Positions 26,498 through 41,107 of a stretch of 64,000 nt of DNA are shown here, in pieces. Under the pieces are notes generated by a model. The model was not told where the DNA came from, did not search any database, and saw only the letters and a program-made list of their open reading frames with translations. Position 1 is the stretch's first letter; each line of letters begins with the position of its first letter. The translations under genes and the position numbers were made by a program. Source of the stretch: Octopus vulgaris (taxonomy: Eukaryota); contig OX597826.1 in NCBI GenBank assembly GCA_951406725.2, positions 7,626,001-7,690,000 of the forward strand. The letters are read 5' to 3'.

Positions 26498-26807
26498 ATA
26501 TATATACGTATATATACATGTATATATATTATATATATGTATATACATATACAATATACTAGCAGAAGGATGCCCTCCGGGCGGTTTTCTGCTAGCCACT
26601 CCATAATATTTCCACATTTAATTCCCAATTCTACTATTTTTTTTTATTTTACGTCTAATTTTTACTCTGCATAATATTGCTCACTTGCTTAGTAAAGACT
26701 CCTTTCATTATTTTATCAATCGTAATAGTCAATCTGTTATATGCATTCATCATTAATAATTAGTAGAACGTACATAGGTGAGCATAGATAGATAGATAGA
26801 TAGACAG

Positions 26808-26864
<57 letters not shown>

Positions 26865-26865
<1 letters not shown>

Positions 26866-27130
26866 TTTTTTTATTTATGCGCCCTTTCCAAGCCTAGCCA
26901 GGCTCATGGGCCCGGTTTCCCGGTTTCTGTTCCGCCAGCTGGACGGGACGCCAGACCATCCCACCGTTACTCAAGAAATAAAAGAGAGAGTGAGAGAAAT
27001 TAGGGCGAAAGAGTATAACAGGGGTCAACATCACCTCTTGCCGGAGCGTCGTGGAGCTTTTAGGTGTTTTCGCTCAATAAACACTCACAACGCCCGCTCT
27101 GGGAAACGAAAGCACTGGGCCATTGCGCCC
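26865..27130 (-). mobile_element. SINE family A (internally deleted) with a third tail type
   Basis: Family A head and core on the minus strand (GGCGCAATGGCCCAGTG; TTTATTGAGCGAAAACACCTAAAGCTCCACGA), tail CTGGCGTCCCGTCCAGCTG...AAAGGGCGCATAAATAAAAAAAA. Confidence 0.8.
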
Positions 27131-27186
<56 letters not shown>

Positions 27187-27260
27187 CTAAAGTAAAACGT
27201 AAAAAGTAAACAAAAGTAAAACAGTCAAGAGAAGGAGTAAGTACGCTTCGGCAGCTTTTT

Positions 27261-27374
27261 AATCGCTACAAATGTTTCGATCCTCGTATATACAGGTTTT
27301 AAAGTTAAGTTTAAATTAAATTATGCAACGATTTACCTGTATAAGAAGATCTATATGTATCACCTCAGGCGATT
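27261..27374 (-). ncRNA. Type I hammerhead motif with long stem II (one core mismatch)
   Basis: AAUCGC-CUGAGGU-GAU...AUC-GAAA-CAUUU-GUA-GCGAUU: perfect 6-bp stem I, extended stem II (AUACAGGU/ACCUGUAU), A9 replaced by U; sits in a TA-flanked insert 27185-27420. Confidence 0.65.
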
Positions 27375-27422
27375 CTCAGCTACAACCTACATGGCTTCTT
27401 CTTTGAAACTGACTATATATAA

Positions 27423-27489
<67 letters not shown>

Positions 27490-27561
27490 GAAAATATCAA
27501 TGCAATACGAGAGTATTGCTTTCCAGTAAAGGATAGCCCGTGAGGATAAAATTATACATAA

Positions 27562-27762
<201 letters not shown>

Positions 27763-27868
27763 GTGTTATGGTGATATCCCTGGGGCAGCTGATGAAGGAG
27801 GTATTTTGGATTCCTGGTATGGCTGTTATTGTATGTACGGAAGAGTTTTATAAGACATACATTCAATA

Positions 27869-28170
27869 GGGAGGCGCAATGGCCTAGTGGTTAGGGCACC
27901 GGACTCGCGGTCGTAGGATCGCATTCGATACCCAGACCGGGCGTTATGAGTGTTTATTGAACGAAAACATCTAAAGGTCCACGAGGTTCTGGCACGGGGT
28001 GGTGGCGATCTCTGCTGTACTTTTTCGCCACAACTTTCTCTCACTCTTTCTTCTGTTGGCCTGCTCGCTTAGCCAGCGGGGTGGCGTCATTTGAAGGTTA
28101 AAACAATGCGAAGCGCATTGTGACCAGTGATGTGTAGCAACATTTGATAGCCTGCTCGGTCACGGTGATA
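27869..28170 (+). mobile_element. SINE family A, full length
   Basis: GGAGGCGCAATGGCCTAGTGGTTAGGGC (A box), GCATTCGATACCC (B box), core, tail ending GGTCACGGTGATA then (TA)n. Confidence 0.88.
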
Positions 28171-28179
28171 TATATATAT

Positions 28180-28500
28180 AAAAACGGAGTGACTGTGTTT
28201 GAAGCGGCCAGTATAACGCATGCATGATTCAAGGAAGATTTAAAGAAGAATGTTAGGATCGAGAAGGTGAATCATAATAAACTTTTCTTCTGTGCCTAGT
28301 TTGTGACAGACCAAGCCTTTCTTTTTGCTGGGCTCAAATCTCATTTACGAACCCATGGAAAATGAACTTCTGGCAAATATTCTGTTTATGTGTCTTTCAA
28401 CACAACGTATGGAAGAACGTCTGCAAATCTAACAGAAGCCTCCAAAGACATTTTAAGAACCATAAAGTTCAGAACATAACTGCAGCTCTTGTTTTGCATC
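28180..28500 (+). mobile_element. Degenerate RTE-like 3' end with C2H2-finger remnants
   Basis: GVTVFEAA...AGLKSHLRTHG...VCKSNRSLQRHFKNH in broken frames. Confidence 0.5.
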
Positions 28501-28502
28501 CT

Positions 28503-28571
<69 letters not shown>

Positions 28572-28978
28572 ATATATATATTAAATTAGGTCAAAGTGTA
28601 TCTGATTGTTGCAATCTCACATGCTCGAATATGCACCCGAATATGAGCATACATACCTACATATATATACACAAGTATATATATATAGAGAGAGAGGGGG
28701 GCAAAGAGAAAGAGAGATAAATATAGATATATGTATGCATTTTTGCATACAGACAAATAAATGTGCGTTCAAGATTGTGTGTGTGTGTGTGCGTGTGTAT
28801 ATGTGTATGAATGTCATTTTTGTATGTACATGTATATTTTCTTAAATATAGGTATTATTAACACGTATGGATTTCTACACTTTTCTCATGGGTACAAAAG
28901 GTCATATTGGTTATCACAATAATAAATATATTTACATTCATTCACACTAAATGCCTTCTTAGTGTTTAGTTCCCATAT

Positions 28979-29014
<36 letters not shown>

Positions 29015-29316
29015 TATTCACTTCTTTCATCTTTTCTATATTTTCTTAAGTCCATTTCTTTCCTCCTTTCTCTTTCACAAAGTTTTCCTTTCTTTATTTC
29101 TCTCGCTCTTTTCTCTCTTCCTGAATGCATAAATCCCTTAGGGTTCAAATACTACAGAGGTCGAATATATATCTTTCATCAGTCTGGCATCGATAAAATA
29201 TTTACCAATAACGTACAACAATATATTCAATCGTCTGTAACCTTACCAGACTTGAAGTGGCTGACTGCTTCTTCAAGAAATCAATTTTGTCTTCCCTCAC
29301 CCGCTCTCTCTCTCCT

Positions 29317-29374
<58 letters not shown>

Positions 29375-29408
29375 AATATATATATATATATACATTTATA
29401 TATGTGTG

Positions 29409-29506
<98 letters not shown>

Positions 29507-29598
29507 TGTATGTGTGTGTGTATCTATCTATCTATCTATATCTACACACACACATATGTATGTGTGTGTATATATATATACATACACTCAAACACACT

Positions 29599-29692
<94 letters not shown>

Positions 29693-29799
29693 TATATATT
29701 TATACATATATACATATATACATATATACATATATACATATATACATACATGCACATCGTCACTATTGCAATATGTAATAGCCACATATCCACATGTTC

Positions 29800-30060
29800 A
29801 CACGAGGAGGCTTCGAGAAAAGAGAGGTGTCTATTGTTTTCTGTTTGACCAGACGCAGATCAGAACAGTTTGAAAGAAAGGGCGGGACACGTGAATTGTG
29901 ACGTTCATTACTTCCGCAAGGGGCATAAGTAGCATCTGTGAAATGGAAGGCTTTCAATCAAAAATTAAAACTATGTCGCGGTCTCAGCTTGCGGGAGTTT
30001 ACGTCTTGCCCATAAGTGTCCGGAATACAATTGCCGCATGCGCCTACTCAAGTAATCACG
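29800..30060. promoter_or_regulatory. Candidate cis-regulatory island
   Basis: Unique, CpG-richer segment between microsatellites with GGGCGGG (29880), CACGTG (29888), TGACGT (29899), CTTCCGC and CCGCATGCGC (NRF1-like, 30034-30043). Confidence 0.3.
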
Positions 30061-30634
30061 CAAACACTCGCACACTCATACCCGCACAACTACACACACA
30101 CACACAAACACATACACACGCAGGCATGCATGCAGACTTACACACACACAAACACATGTACATGCAAATATACATACGCATAGACACATCAAGACGCACA
30201 CGCACATACAAAGACAATATCATGCAAGATATGTATGCATGTGTATGCATGTAAGTTTATGCATTTGTCTAACCATCCAATATCTATCTCTCATATAATG
30301 TGTATGTGTGAGTGTGCGTGTGTGCATATATGTATATATAAACATACATATATATGTGTGTGTATATACATACATGCATATATATATATATATATATATT
30401 ACGGAGATGTACTTGCATAACAAGTGACCTGATCTGAGATCGTGTGCTAAATTTTGTCAGTGATCAGGTCGCGGTCTCAAAGCGACGAAAATATTTTGGA
30501 AAATTAAATTTAATAGTTGAAGTGAATCTAAAGGTTTTTCGCGTGTTTTTGAATGGCTTATAACCACCTCCCACGCTGCAATTGTTTTTGTTCCAGCACA
30601 CACACACACACAGACACAAACACACACACACATA

Positions 30635-30678
<44 letters not shown>

Positions 30679-31220
30679 CATATTGTGTCCGTTAATATAG
30701 AGACAAGTGAGAAATTGGAGTAGTTGAATTAGTTAGTAAATTCTTCCTGGAGAGTTATGGCTAAGGCGTTGAAGAGTAGTAGAACATCGCTGGTGGTATA
30801 TATGCCTGGTGTCTTTAGGGATGGAGCAGTATAACCGCTTTGAGCTGGCTATCTTCTTTCCCATTTATACAGGTCATGAGCGAAACTTATTATAGAATTA
30901 TAGTGAAAGTATTTTAAATGTTTTAAAAGTATTACTAAATAATCTAGTCTTGTAAAAAATTAAAGAAAGAGGGAACATGGACTCATATGTATATCTGCCA
31001 ACATGAATTTATATATATATATATATATATACTAAGCAATAAAGGGTTTAGCAACGAATTGCCTTACCACAGACCGAATTTAGAAATAGCAGTCAAAAAG
31101 TTATAGCTATTTCTTCTACTAAAAAGGGAGATCTCAGTAGAAAACACAGCAATTGGAAGGCAGACACAAACAGGTAAGAGAGAATGAATAGACGGCAATC
31201 TATCATACAATTTTAAGTTA

Positions 31221-31320
31221 TCTACGGACGCACGTTTCGAAATCAAGTTTTTAGGAAAGCATAAGAATTAAATATTAAATAATTCTACGTTACCCAAACT
31301 TCTTTTCTCTTCAGCGTAGA
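31221..31320 (-). ncRNA. Canonical type I hammerhead ribozyme motif
   Basis: UCUACG-CUGAAGA-GAAA...(about 60-nt A/U hairpin)...UUUC-GAAA-CGUGC-GUC-CGUAGA: 6-bp stem I, intact core, GUC cleavage triplet; in a TA-flanked insert 31030-31400. Confidence 0.85.
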
Positions 31321-31397
31321 ATACTATAATCATAAATGATTATATATTGAATTTTGAGATACTAGAAGGCACCAACTCAACTCAGTATCAGAGCGAG

Positions 31398-31446
<49 letters not shown>

Positions 31447-31449
<3 letters not shown>

Positions 31450-31563
31450 AGAGTTTACGAAAAAAACAAAAGACGAAGATAGGTGGTGTACAAAACAAAC
31501 AGATGTATTAGTATAACGCTCAGGAATAGAAAAAGTCTTTTACGTTTCGAGCTTACGCTCTTC

Positions 31564-31565
<2 letters not shown>
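31447..31565 (-). mobile_element. Short HHR-bearing repeat (family H), truncated copy
   Basis: High identity to 36085-36255 and 47050-47240; TA arrays on both sides; retains AGAGC.GCTC-GAAACGTA. Confidence 0.85.
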
Positions 31566-31640
<75 letters not shown>

Positions 31641-31649
<9 letters not shown>

Positions 31650-31828
31650 GTAAAAAGGAAAAAACTACAGAAGGCTTGTTTTAAAGGTTAAAAAATATAT
31701 TTTTGAGTCATTATGTCAGAAGAATGTTATAAATTTATAACATTCTTCTGACATAATGACTCAAAAATATATTTTTTAACCTTTTAAAACCAGCCTTCTG
31801 TAGTTTTTTCACTTTTTACTATTTTATA
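31641..31828. repeat. Near-perfect about 188-bp palindrome next to a (TA)n array
   Basis: About 93-bp arms centred on TTATAAATTTATAA (31727-31740) with no spacer; few mismatches. Confidence 0.93.
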
Positions 31829-31865
31829 TATATTCAACCACGTGCTTTCACACACCAACTTTCTC

Positions 31866-31906
<41 letters not shown>

Positions 31907-31913
31907 GAGAGAT

Positions 31914-31944
<31 letters not shown>

Positions 31945-32230
31945 TATCTCCAATATGAATTTTTTTAATATATATATATTCAAAAATTCACTTAGATGTT
32001 CTTAGGCAGCTATGTGAATCATTTATGGTCCTGCTTCCAGACTTCTGGCAAACATATTGGAGAACTTATATGTAGGTTTGGTCCGTTATTTTTGTTATTA
32101 GTTTTACTATTGTCTTTATATTACATTGCTGTTACATTTGATGGTAAATGTTTTAAAATGTATATTTCAACCCCTCATCTATTTATTGTTTATTCCTATA
32201 GATGGCCTGTATCAATATCAATCTGACTCC

Positions 32231-32630
32231 AAGGCGACGTGCTGGCAGAAACGTTAGTACTCCGGGCGAAATACGTAGCCGTATTTCGTCTGCCGTTACG
32301 TTCTGAGTTCAAATTCCGTCGAGGTCGACTTTGCCTTTCATCCTTTCGAGGTCGATGAATTAAGTACCAGTTTCGCACTGGGGTCGATGTAGTCGACTTA
32401 ATCCGTTTGTCTGTCCTTGTTTGTCCTCTCTGTGTTTAGCCCCTTCTGGTTAGTAAAGAAAGAGGTATTTCGTCTCTGTCTTTACATTCTGGGTTCAAAT
32501 TCCGTCGAGGTCGACTTTGCCTTTCATCCTTTCGGGGTTGATAAATTAAGTACTACTTGCTTATTGGGTTCGATCTAATCGACTGCCCAACTCCAAGAAA
32601 TTTCGGGCCTTGACCCTAGAGCAGAAAAGA
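32231..32630 (+). mobile_element. SINE family D, dimeric
   Basis: AAGGCGACGTGCTGGCAGAAACGTTAG head plus two cores. Confidence 0.85.
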
Positions 32631-32820
32631 ATATCAGTCTGACTCCGTACGCAGGCTTGTATGTATGTATTTGTGTGCGCATTCATACACATACGGATGC
32701 CTACACAAACATACATACACATAGGTATACAGGTAGATATACATGCACACACACACGCTTGTATATATAGGCTTGTCACTCTCTCTGTCTCTCTCTATTT
32801 CTCACGCTCTTACTTCTCAA

Positions 32821-32894
<74 letters not shown>

Positions 32895-32992
32895 ACATAG
32901 ATATATATATATATATATAAACATACATACATATATATAAACATACTTATATGTATATAAATATGTGTGTGTGTGTGTGTGTATACATCTAT

Positions 32993-33027
<35 letters not shown>

Positions 33028-33300
33028 GAGAGTGAGAGCAGAGAATTCTTCCTTTTATCTCTTATAGTTTATGGTATTCTGATGCAAATTCCTTATTTTT
33101 TATGGATAATTTCTTCTGTAATTTGTTGTTTTAAACTTTAACTGTTTACATTTCATTTTTATTTGAAAACATGCGCGAATAATATAACACATACACACGG
33201 GGGACACAAACAAGCGCACATACATGCACACATATACATATATATATATATATGTGTGTGTTTGTGTCTGTATGTGTGTGTGCGCGTGTGTGTGTATGTA

Positions 33301-33439
<139 letters not shown>

Positions 33440-33938
33440 AACACACAGTCATAAACAAATATGTATGTGTATGTGTGAGTTTCTGTGTATGAGTGTGTGC
33501 GTTTGTGTGTATGTGTGTGTATGCACACAGATAGATAGATAGTTAGATAGATAGATAGATAGATCGTACATGTTTAAATAATGGCAAGTGTATAAACTAT
33601 GTTCCTATTTCTGAAAGTACGCTACAACGCGACTTCTATTTATTTATTTTTCATCTATTATTTACAAAATATCTTATTTATTTATTTATTTGTGGACCAT
33701 ATTAATAACTTTGAAATAACGATTGAGTACACTTGTACGTGTCTTTGTGCATACGTATATGCAAATGCATGAATGTAGGTTTGTATGTATAAATGTATGC
33801 ATAGGTTTGCGTGCGTCAGCGTTAACGTCCTTACTTACCCTCAGACGCACACACATATAATATGATTGCACACACACACACACACACAAACAAACAATCA
33901 TACTTATTACATTCATACATACAGACATACAAACATAT

Positions 33939-33981
<43 letters not shown>

Positions 33982-34203
33982 ATGTCATTGAAATAAATAT
34001 AATATATGCATGTACATATACATGTATAGACATATATATATGCATACATACATATATATATATTTATATGTATGTATATCAAAGAATTAAAGATACGTGT
34101 AAATATGCACATACATATATTCATATGCATATATATATATGAATGTGTATATGTACTTATGCGTGTGTGTGTGTCTATGTGTCTATGTATGTATGTATGT
34201 ATG

Positions 34204-34251
<48 letters not shown>

Positions 34252-34829
34252 CGTATGCCTACATACGTCTGTGTGTGTGTGTGTGTGTGCTTGCTTACAT
34301 GATTATATGCAATTATTACATAGTTTTGTTTCTATTCTTATCAACATTCTCTACGATGGTATACAACGATGCAACACAGCATTCCTTTCTGTTTTTTTTC
34401 TTGGTATGCAAACAAACAAACAAACAAACAAAACTTTTAAAAGATGCCGCAAATAAACAATAAAGCATGACAACAGCTGAAGGAACAACATCAAAAATAG
34501 ATTTACTTGCTCTGACACAAAATATAATGCAGTAAAAATGTAAAACAAACTCAGAATAATAAATACAATTTCAATAGTATTATCTCAAAGGAAAGATTTA
34601 TTTTTAGGAGTTCACAGCATAAAAGTATACCAGTGTATTAGTAAGTTATTGTATTAGCGGTGATATCTAGTAAGATGTAGAAATTTTACATGCGACTGTA
34701 AACAAGCGATTGTATACAACTGCACTCTTCGAGACATAATGATACAATATCTTGCATATATACAGAGATGCGAAATGGTATGACGGAGTTTCGAATACAT
34801 ACAGTTGTGTTAATATATTAGCACACAAA

Positions 34830-35290
34830 GACAGTGAGCTGAAATAATCGCTTGCACGTGGGGCAAAATTCTTAGCGGTATTTTGAGTTCGTATTTAATT
34901 TCTGAGTTCAAATTCTGCCGAGGTCAATTTTAAATTTCATCCTTCGGTGTAGATAAAATACATATTTCTTTACTACCCACAAAGGGCTAAACACAGAAGG
35001 GACAAACACGGACCGACACACGGATTAAGTCATTTATATCAACCCCAGTGCGTAAGTGGTACTTATTTAATCGACCCTGAAAGGATGTCCTTTCCTCGGT
35101 GGAATTTGAACTCAGAAACTAGCGGCTGACGAAATACTGCTAAGCATTTCGCCCTGCGTGCTAATGTTTCTGCCTGTTCGCTGCCTTCGGCGTAGATAAA
35201 GTACCTACGACTTGAGCACCGAAGTCGATGTAATTGATTTACACCCTTTGCCGAAATTTCTGGCTTTGTGACACAATTTCAAACCAATGT
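34830..35290. mobile_element. SINE family D (+) with a nested inverted family D copy (-)
   Basis: The + copy is broken at about 34960 by a minus copy (34963-35185); CCTTCGG.GTAGATAAA is duplicated at about 34941 and 35184. Confidence 0.7.
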
Positions 35291-35518
35291 ATTCACACTC
35301 AACGATACACATTTCTTTGATAACCTCTGTAAATTTCGCCTATTTCTTTCACTCCTTCTTTCTCTTTCTATGAATTTATGAAATCTGAGACAGAGAATGA
35401 GGTTAGAGAGTGAATGATAGTTATTACCCCAGGTAAATTATACGAATATGTATTTATATGTATATATATGTGTGTATATATATATATTTGAATGTATATA
35501 TGTATATATATCCAATAT

Positions 35519-35606
<88 letters not shown>

Positions 35607-35613
35607 ATATATA

Positions 35614-36000
35614 GGCGCAGGAGTGGCTGTGTGGTAAGTAGCTTGCTTACCAACCACATGGTTCCGGGTTCAGTCCCACTGGGTGGCATCTTGGGCAAGT
35701 GTCTTCTGCTATAGCCTCGGGCTGACCAATGCCTTGTGAGTGGATATGGTAGACGGAAACTGAAAGAAGCCAGTCGTATATATGTATATATATATGTGTG
35801 TGTATGTTTGTGTGTTTGTCCCCCTAGCATCGTTTGACAACCGATGCTGGTGTGTTTGCGTCCCGTCACTTAGCGGTTCGGCAAAACAGACCGATAGAAT
35901 AAGTACTGGGCTTACAAAGAATAAGTCCCGGCGTCGATTTTCTCGACTAAAGGTGGTGCTCCAGCATGGCCGCAGTCAAATGACTAAAACAAGTAAAGAG
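35614..36000 (+). mobile_element. tRNA-derived SINE family C
   Basis: GGCGCAGGAGTGGCTGTGTGGTAAG (A box), GGTTCAGTCCC (B box), internal (TA)/(TG) tract, 3' half CTTAGCGGTTCGGCAAAA...GAAACAAGTAAA; four near-identical copies in the window. Confidence 0.9.
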
Positions 36001-36037
36001 TATGTACATATATATATATGATTATATCTATGGATAT

Positions 36038-36084
<47 letters not shown>

Positions 36085-36087
<3 letters not shown>

Positions 36088-36255
36088 AGGTTTTACGAAA
36101 AAAAACATACGACGAAGACGGGTGGTGTACAAAAGAAACAGATGTATTAGTATAACGCTCAGGAATAGAAAAAAGTCTTTTACGTTTCGAGCCTACGCTC
36201 TTCTACAGAAAGGGACACAGAAAAAACAAGGAGAGAAACAATGAGAGAAAAAAAA
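36085..36255 (-). mobile_element. Short HHR-bearing repeat (family H)
   Basis: Minus 36177-36212 reads CUUU-CUGUAGA-A-GAGC(GUAG)GCUC-GAAA-C-GUA-AAAG; abuts (TA)n. Confidence 0.85.
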
Positions 36256-36269
36256 TTATAATATTAACA

Positions 36270-36670
36270 TTGCTTTCAAATTTTGCCACAGGGGCTACAA
36301 TTTTGGAGGACGGGATGAGTAAATTGCCTCGACCCTAGTGGTACACTGGTACTTAATTTATCGACCCCGAAGGATGAAAGACATAGTCGACCTCGACAGA
36401 ATTTGAACTCAAAACGTAGCAACGGCTAAGCATCTCGTCCAGTATGCTAACGATTCTGTCAGCTTGCTGCCTTAGTAATAATAATAATAATCCTTTCTGA
36501 TGAAGGTACATCGACTTTAGTATTACAATGTCGTACTTAATTTGTCGACTCAAAAGAAGAAAGGCAAGAATCGACCTCGGCTGAATTTGAAATCAGAACG
36601 TACTGACTGGCGAAGTATACTGCCAAGCATTTCGTCCAACCTGCTAACGATTCTGCCAGCACGCCGCCTT
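36270..36670 (-). mobile_element. Two SINE family D copies
   Basis: Reverse-complement core TCGACCCCGAAGGATGAAAG...GTCGACCTCG...ATTTGAACTCA and head ACGATTCTG.CAGC. Confidence 0.75.
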
Positions 36671-36694
36671 AGTAGTCGTAGAAGTAGTAGTAGC

Positions 36695-36743
<49 letters not shown>

Positions 36744-36888
36744 TAGATTCGGGCCATCCAAAGCCTTGCGAGTGGAGCTGCTAGATGGAAAGAAGCCCGT
36801 CGTATGTATATATATATACACGCACGCGCACGCACATACGCCCACACACAGAGATGAATGCGTAGGTATATATATATTGAGAGAGAGA

Positions 36889-36929
<41 letters not shown>

Positions 36930-37820
36930 GGAGACATATATGAAATTTTATCTATCGACCTATCTATTTTTCTATCTATCTATCAGTCTACCATCTGTCT
37001 GTCTATCCATCTCTAGAGATGCTTCTACATACACATAAATACATATTCATACAAATACACATATGTATGCACAAATATGTGCATGTGAGTATGTACACTT
37101 CTACCTATGTAAATTACTGTGTCTGCGTGTGTATACACACACACACACACACCCACACACACACACACGCACACACACATACATCTGTGTGCCAAAGCCT
37201 GTGTTTGCGAACATAAATAGCTCGTTTTGGAAATTTAGAAATTTTGACGAAACACCGTTGGACTGATTCAATGTACTGGAAATTAATAACTCACTAGATC
37301 AGAAATATTACACTGCGAAGATTTTCTCTGAAAATAACTTCTCCATTAAACATGTTTCTACTAGTAGAGAAATTGATGGAGACTTCGGTATTTGGAATCA
37401 CTTTCCATCAAGTAAAACTCTACTCATGCCACAAGGTCAATTGAACATTTCAATAGCATCACGAAAATTTGCAGAAGAAATAAAAATTCTTCAAATATAT
37501 ACGGTATTGTTATTTTAAAGAATTATACAAATATATTCCAATTTGCTGTATGTATGTCTCAGTAGGCTTGTCTATCATCATCTCTTTTATTATGGCGTAC
37601 ATATCCATACAGATTCTCATCTAAACACATGCATTTTTGATGTATATACACACATTACATATAATACATATATACGTATATATTCATATATATATATACA
37701 TACATTAATATACATATATGAATATGTATGTATATATATATATATATATATATAATATGTATATGTATGTATATATATATATATATATATATAATATGGA
37801 TATGTATATGTATGTATATG

Positions 37821-37874
<54 letters not shown>

Positions 37875-38837
37875 TATATGTATATAAATATTTGTGTGTG
37901 TGTGTGTGTAGTGTATGTAGATCTAGTCGGATGGGTATACTGACATCAGTAGTGTAATATATACACACTGGTCGACGTAATTGTATATCTAATTCATATT
38001 TCTCAGCATACTGGGTATTTTTTTAAATCACAAACACACACTCACAGCCATGTACATATATATATGAACTCACGCACGCTTCACATCTGTATGTATGGGT
38101 GTGTAAGTGCGCATGCGTGTAAGTGTGTGTGCTCGCGCATGCTCGCATATCATGCTTGATTACGTAGTTATGTTCGTATTTCTAACATATGTGCTTTCAC
38201 TCACGTATAGGGATACAGTCGAAATCGTTATACACACTTAGAAACAAAGAGCTACGGTCAATTCTACACGCATATATACATGAGTGTGAGTCTGTATATG
38301 TATACACATATACATATATACATGTGTGTGTGTGTGCGTGTGTGTGTGTATGTATATATTAGCACGCATGAATATATAAGCATATAAATTTATATGTCCA
38401 AATATACACATATGCGTTCGTATTTTTGTATATATACATAGGTGCGCGCAAGTGTGTGTGTGTATATTTGTGTGCATGAGTATGAGAGTGCCTGTGTATG
38501 TAAGTATGAATAATTGTACAGTATGCATAATATATATATGTGTATATGTGTATATATATAATATACACATATGTATATATGCATATATATATATATACAT
38601 ATATATATATAAACATGTTTCCATCATAAGTGTGTATGTGTATTTTTATATGCATGGCTCTATAATGTATTCCTCCCTGTGTGTGTGTGTGAGTGTGTGT
38701 TGATGTGTGTGTGTGTGTGTGAGTGTATGTGTGTATCTATGTATTTATACTTCCATGCTCATATATGCGTCTGTGTTTATATATTTGTGAGTTCATGTCA
38801 TAACGCCTGTATGCAAAAACGTTTGTATGAATGTAAG

Positions 38838-38928
<91 letters not shown>

Positions 38929-39289
38929 ACATATATATATGTCCGCATTTACACAAACCCAGACACACGCGCACAAGTGTGTAATGATTCTTCGTTTAGT
39001 TTTGAATCGTTAACGCGTCAAACAGTCGGATTCGATAAATTGTGCAAGTTAGTTTGTTTTTTTTTTTACATTCGGATATTGCTACTCTTCTACTATTCAT
39101 TCTAAAAGTGTTTGAGTGTATTTATTACAATTCTGGTCAATAAAAATATATATTTATTCCAAACTTACGCGTAATAAAACTCTCTCTATTCTAAAGAGCG
39201 CTTGTTTCGCAAGTGATTTCAATTTGAAGTCTGCATCAAACTGCTTTGTTATTGTTGTTGTTATTGTTATTATTGATATTCTTCTTCTT

Positions 39290-39320
<31 letters not shown>

Positions 39321-39364
39321 TTATTATTATAATTATTTTTATTAGTATTATTATTATTATTATC

Positions 39365-39442
<78 letters not shown>

Positions 39443-39473
39443 ATTATTATTATTATAATTATTATTATTATTA

Positions 39474-39510
<37 letters not shown>

Positions 39511-40295
39511 CATTATTATTATCGTTATTGTTAGTTTCAGGTGATTTTGGCATAATATATCAATCTTTGAAAAATAGCCTTTCATAGGTGCTTAAATGAT
39601 GGTGTCCACTGGAGTGGTTTTCATGATGTAAGTGGAAAGTGAGACAAAGAAGAAGAAGAGGAAGAAGAAGAAGAGACGGGAGAGAAACAGAGAAAGAGAG
39701 AAAGAGCGAGAGTGAGAATGAAAACGAGAGAGAAGGAGAAAGAAAAAATTATCGATAACGATATTCGATTTTTATTTTAGTCTGAGAATAAATAAGTTTT
39801 ACTCTACACATTGTTTGCCATTAGCTAGAAGTTCTTTGAATATTTCTACAATGGTATTGTTATTCTTTGTTATTATATTATTATTTTTCCTTTTGCATTG
39901 TTTATTTCTATCTTTATTCTATATCAATCTCTTTAATTTTCCTGTTGTTGTTCTTGGTGGTACTATAATAGCACTAGTTGTTGTTGTTGTTGTTGGTAAC
40001 TGGATAAATTCATATGCTCTATTACTCTGTTACATTGAGAACGAAGAAGACTACTAAATCGTAAACGTTATACTTTGTATATTCTATATATATATATATA
40101 TATATATGTGTATGTTATAGTGTCTATTTATATATTTAGTCCGACAAACTCACGTATTACTGTAGTTTAGTAAATACATGTCGCAGCTATGAAAACAATT
40201 TTTATACATAAACTTTTTTTATAGTACATACGCGAATTTTTACTACATAGCGGAAGCCTGCTCGCATATACGCTCACACGTCTGTCTGCCTATAT

Positions 40296-40336
<41 letters not shown>

Positions 40337-40339
40337 TAA

Positions 40340-40382
<43 letters not shown>

Positions 40383-41107
40383 ATAACTATGGAACTCGAA
40401 CTAGAAAGAGCTATAAATAATAGCGTGTAAATATTAGGTTAAATAACGTTTTGGTTAGAAGTCGAAGGATTTATGTACTTCGAGTTCCATCGTTAAAAAC
40501 GAATTATTTCACGCCTCTCGAATTTTCTAAAGTGATGAAAGAGAAAGAGTGAGGGAGAAAGAGAGAGAGAGGCGGTGGGATGGAGGGAAAGAAGGCGAGG
40601 GGGACAGAAAGAGAAATTAATTTATTCAGGACACAATATTTTACAATTCTACGTTTGTTTCATAATATTTGTAAGCATATGTCCAAATGTATTGAGGTAT
40701 TGAAATCTTTATTATTGCTTTATTTTGCATTGGATTTTCGTTTGCGACGGAAGCTTCTCGAGTTTAAACCACGAGTTTAAACCACGAAGCACACACATAC
40801 ACACATACATACACACATGTATGTGTACGCTTACATATATTTATGCATAACTTGCACACATACTTGTATATATAATATATATATATATATACAAACAAAT
40901 ATACATACCTATATTACAAAGCCGAAGATTGAAAAAAGTTTTGCGCCTTATGTATTTACCGTTACACATCTTTCATTTGGTAATAGGTGTTACAAAGAGT
41001 ACATGCAGGAGAAATGTGTAAGATATCTCCGATTAGAAATTCTGCAGACAGAAAATTCAAGAGGGCACGGCTTAGATTTTATCCCTATCTACATATATGT
41101 ATATATA

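Noticed and set aside
39116-39585. Poly-I/L/N/R ORFs (also 3207, 8462, 25416, 52718, 55667)
   Set aside because: Trinucleotide repeat artefacts.
40389-40490. 12-bp inverted repeat ATGGAACTCGAA/TTCGAGTTCCAT
   Set aside because: Too short, single copy and no clear TSD, so not called a MITE.
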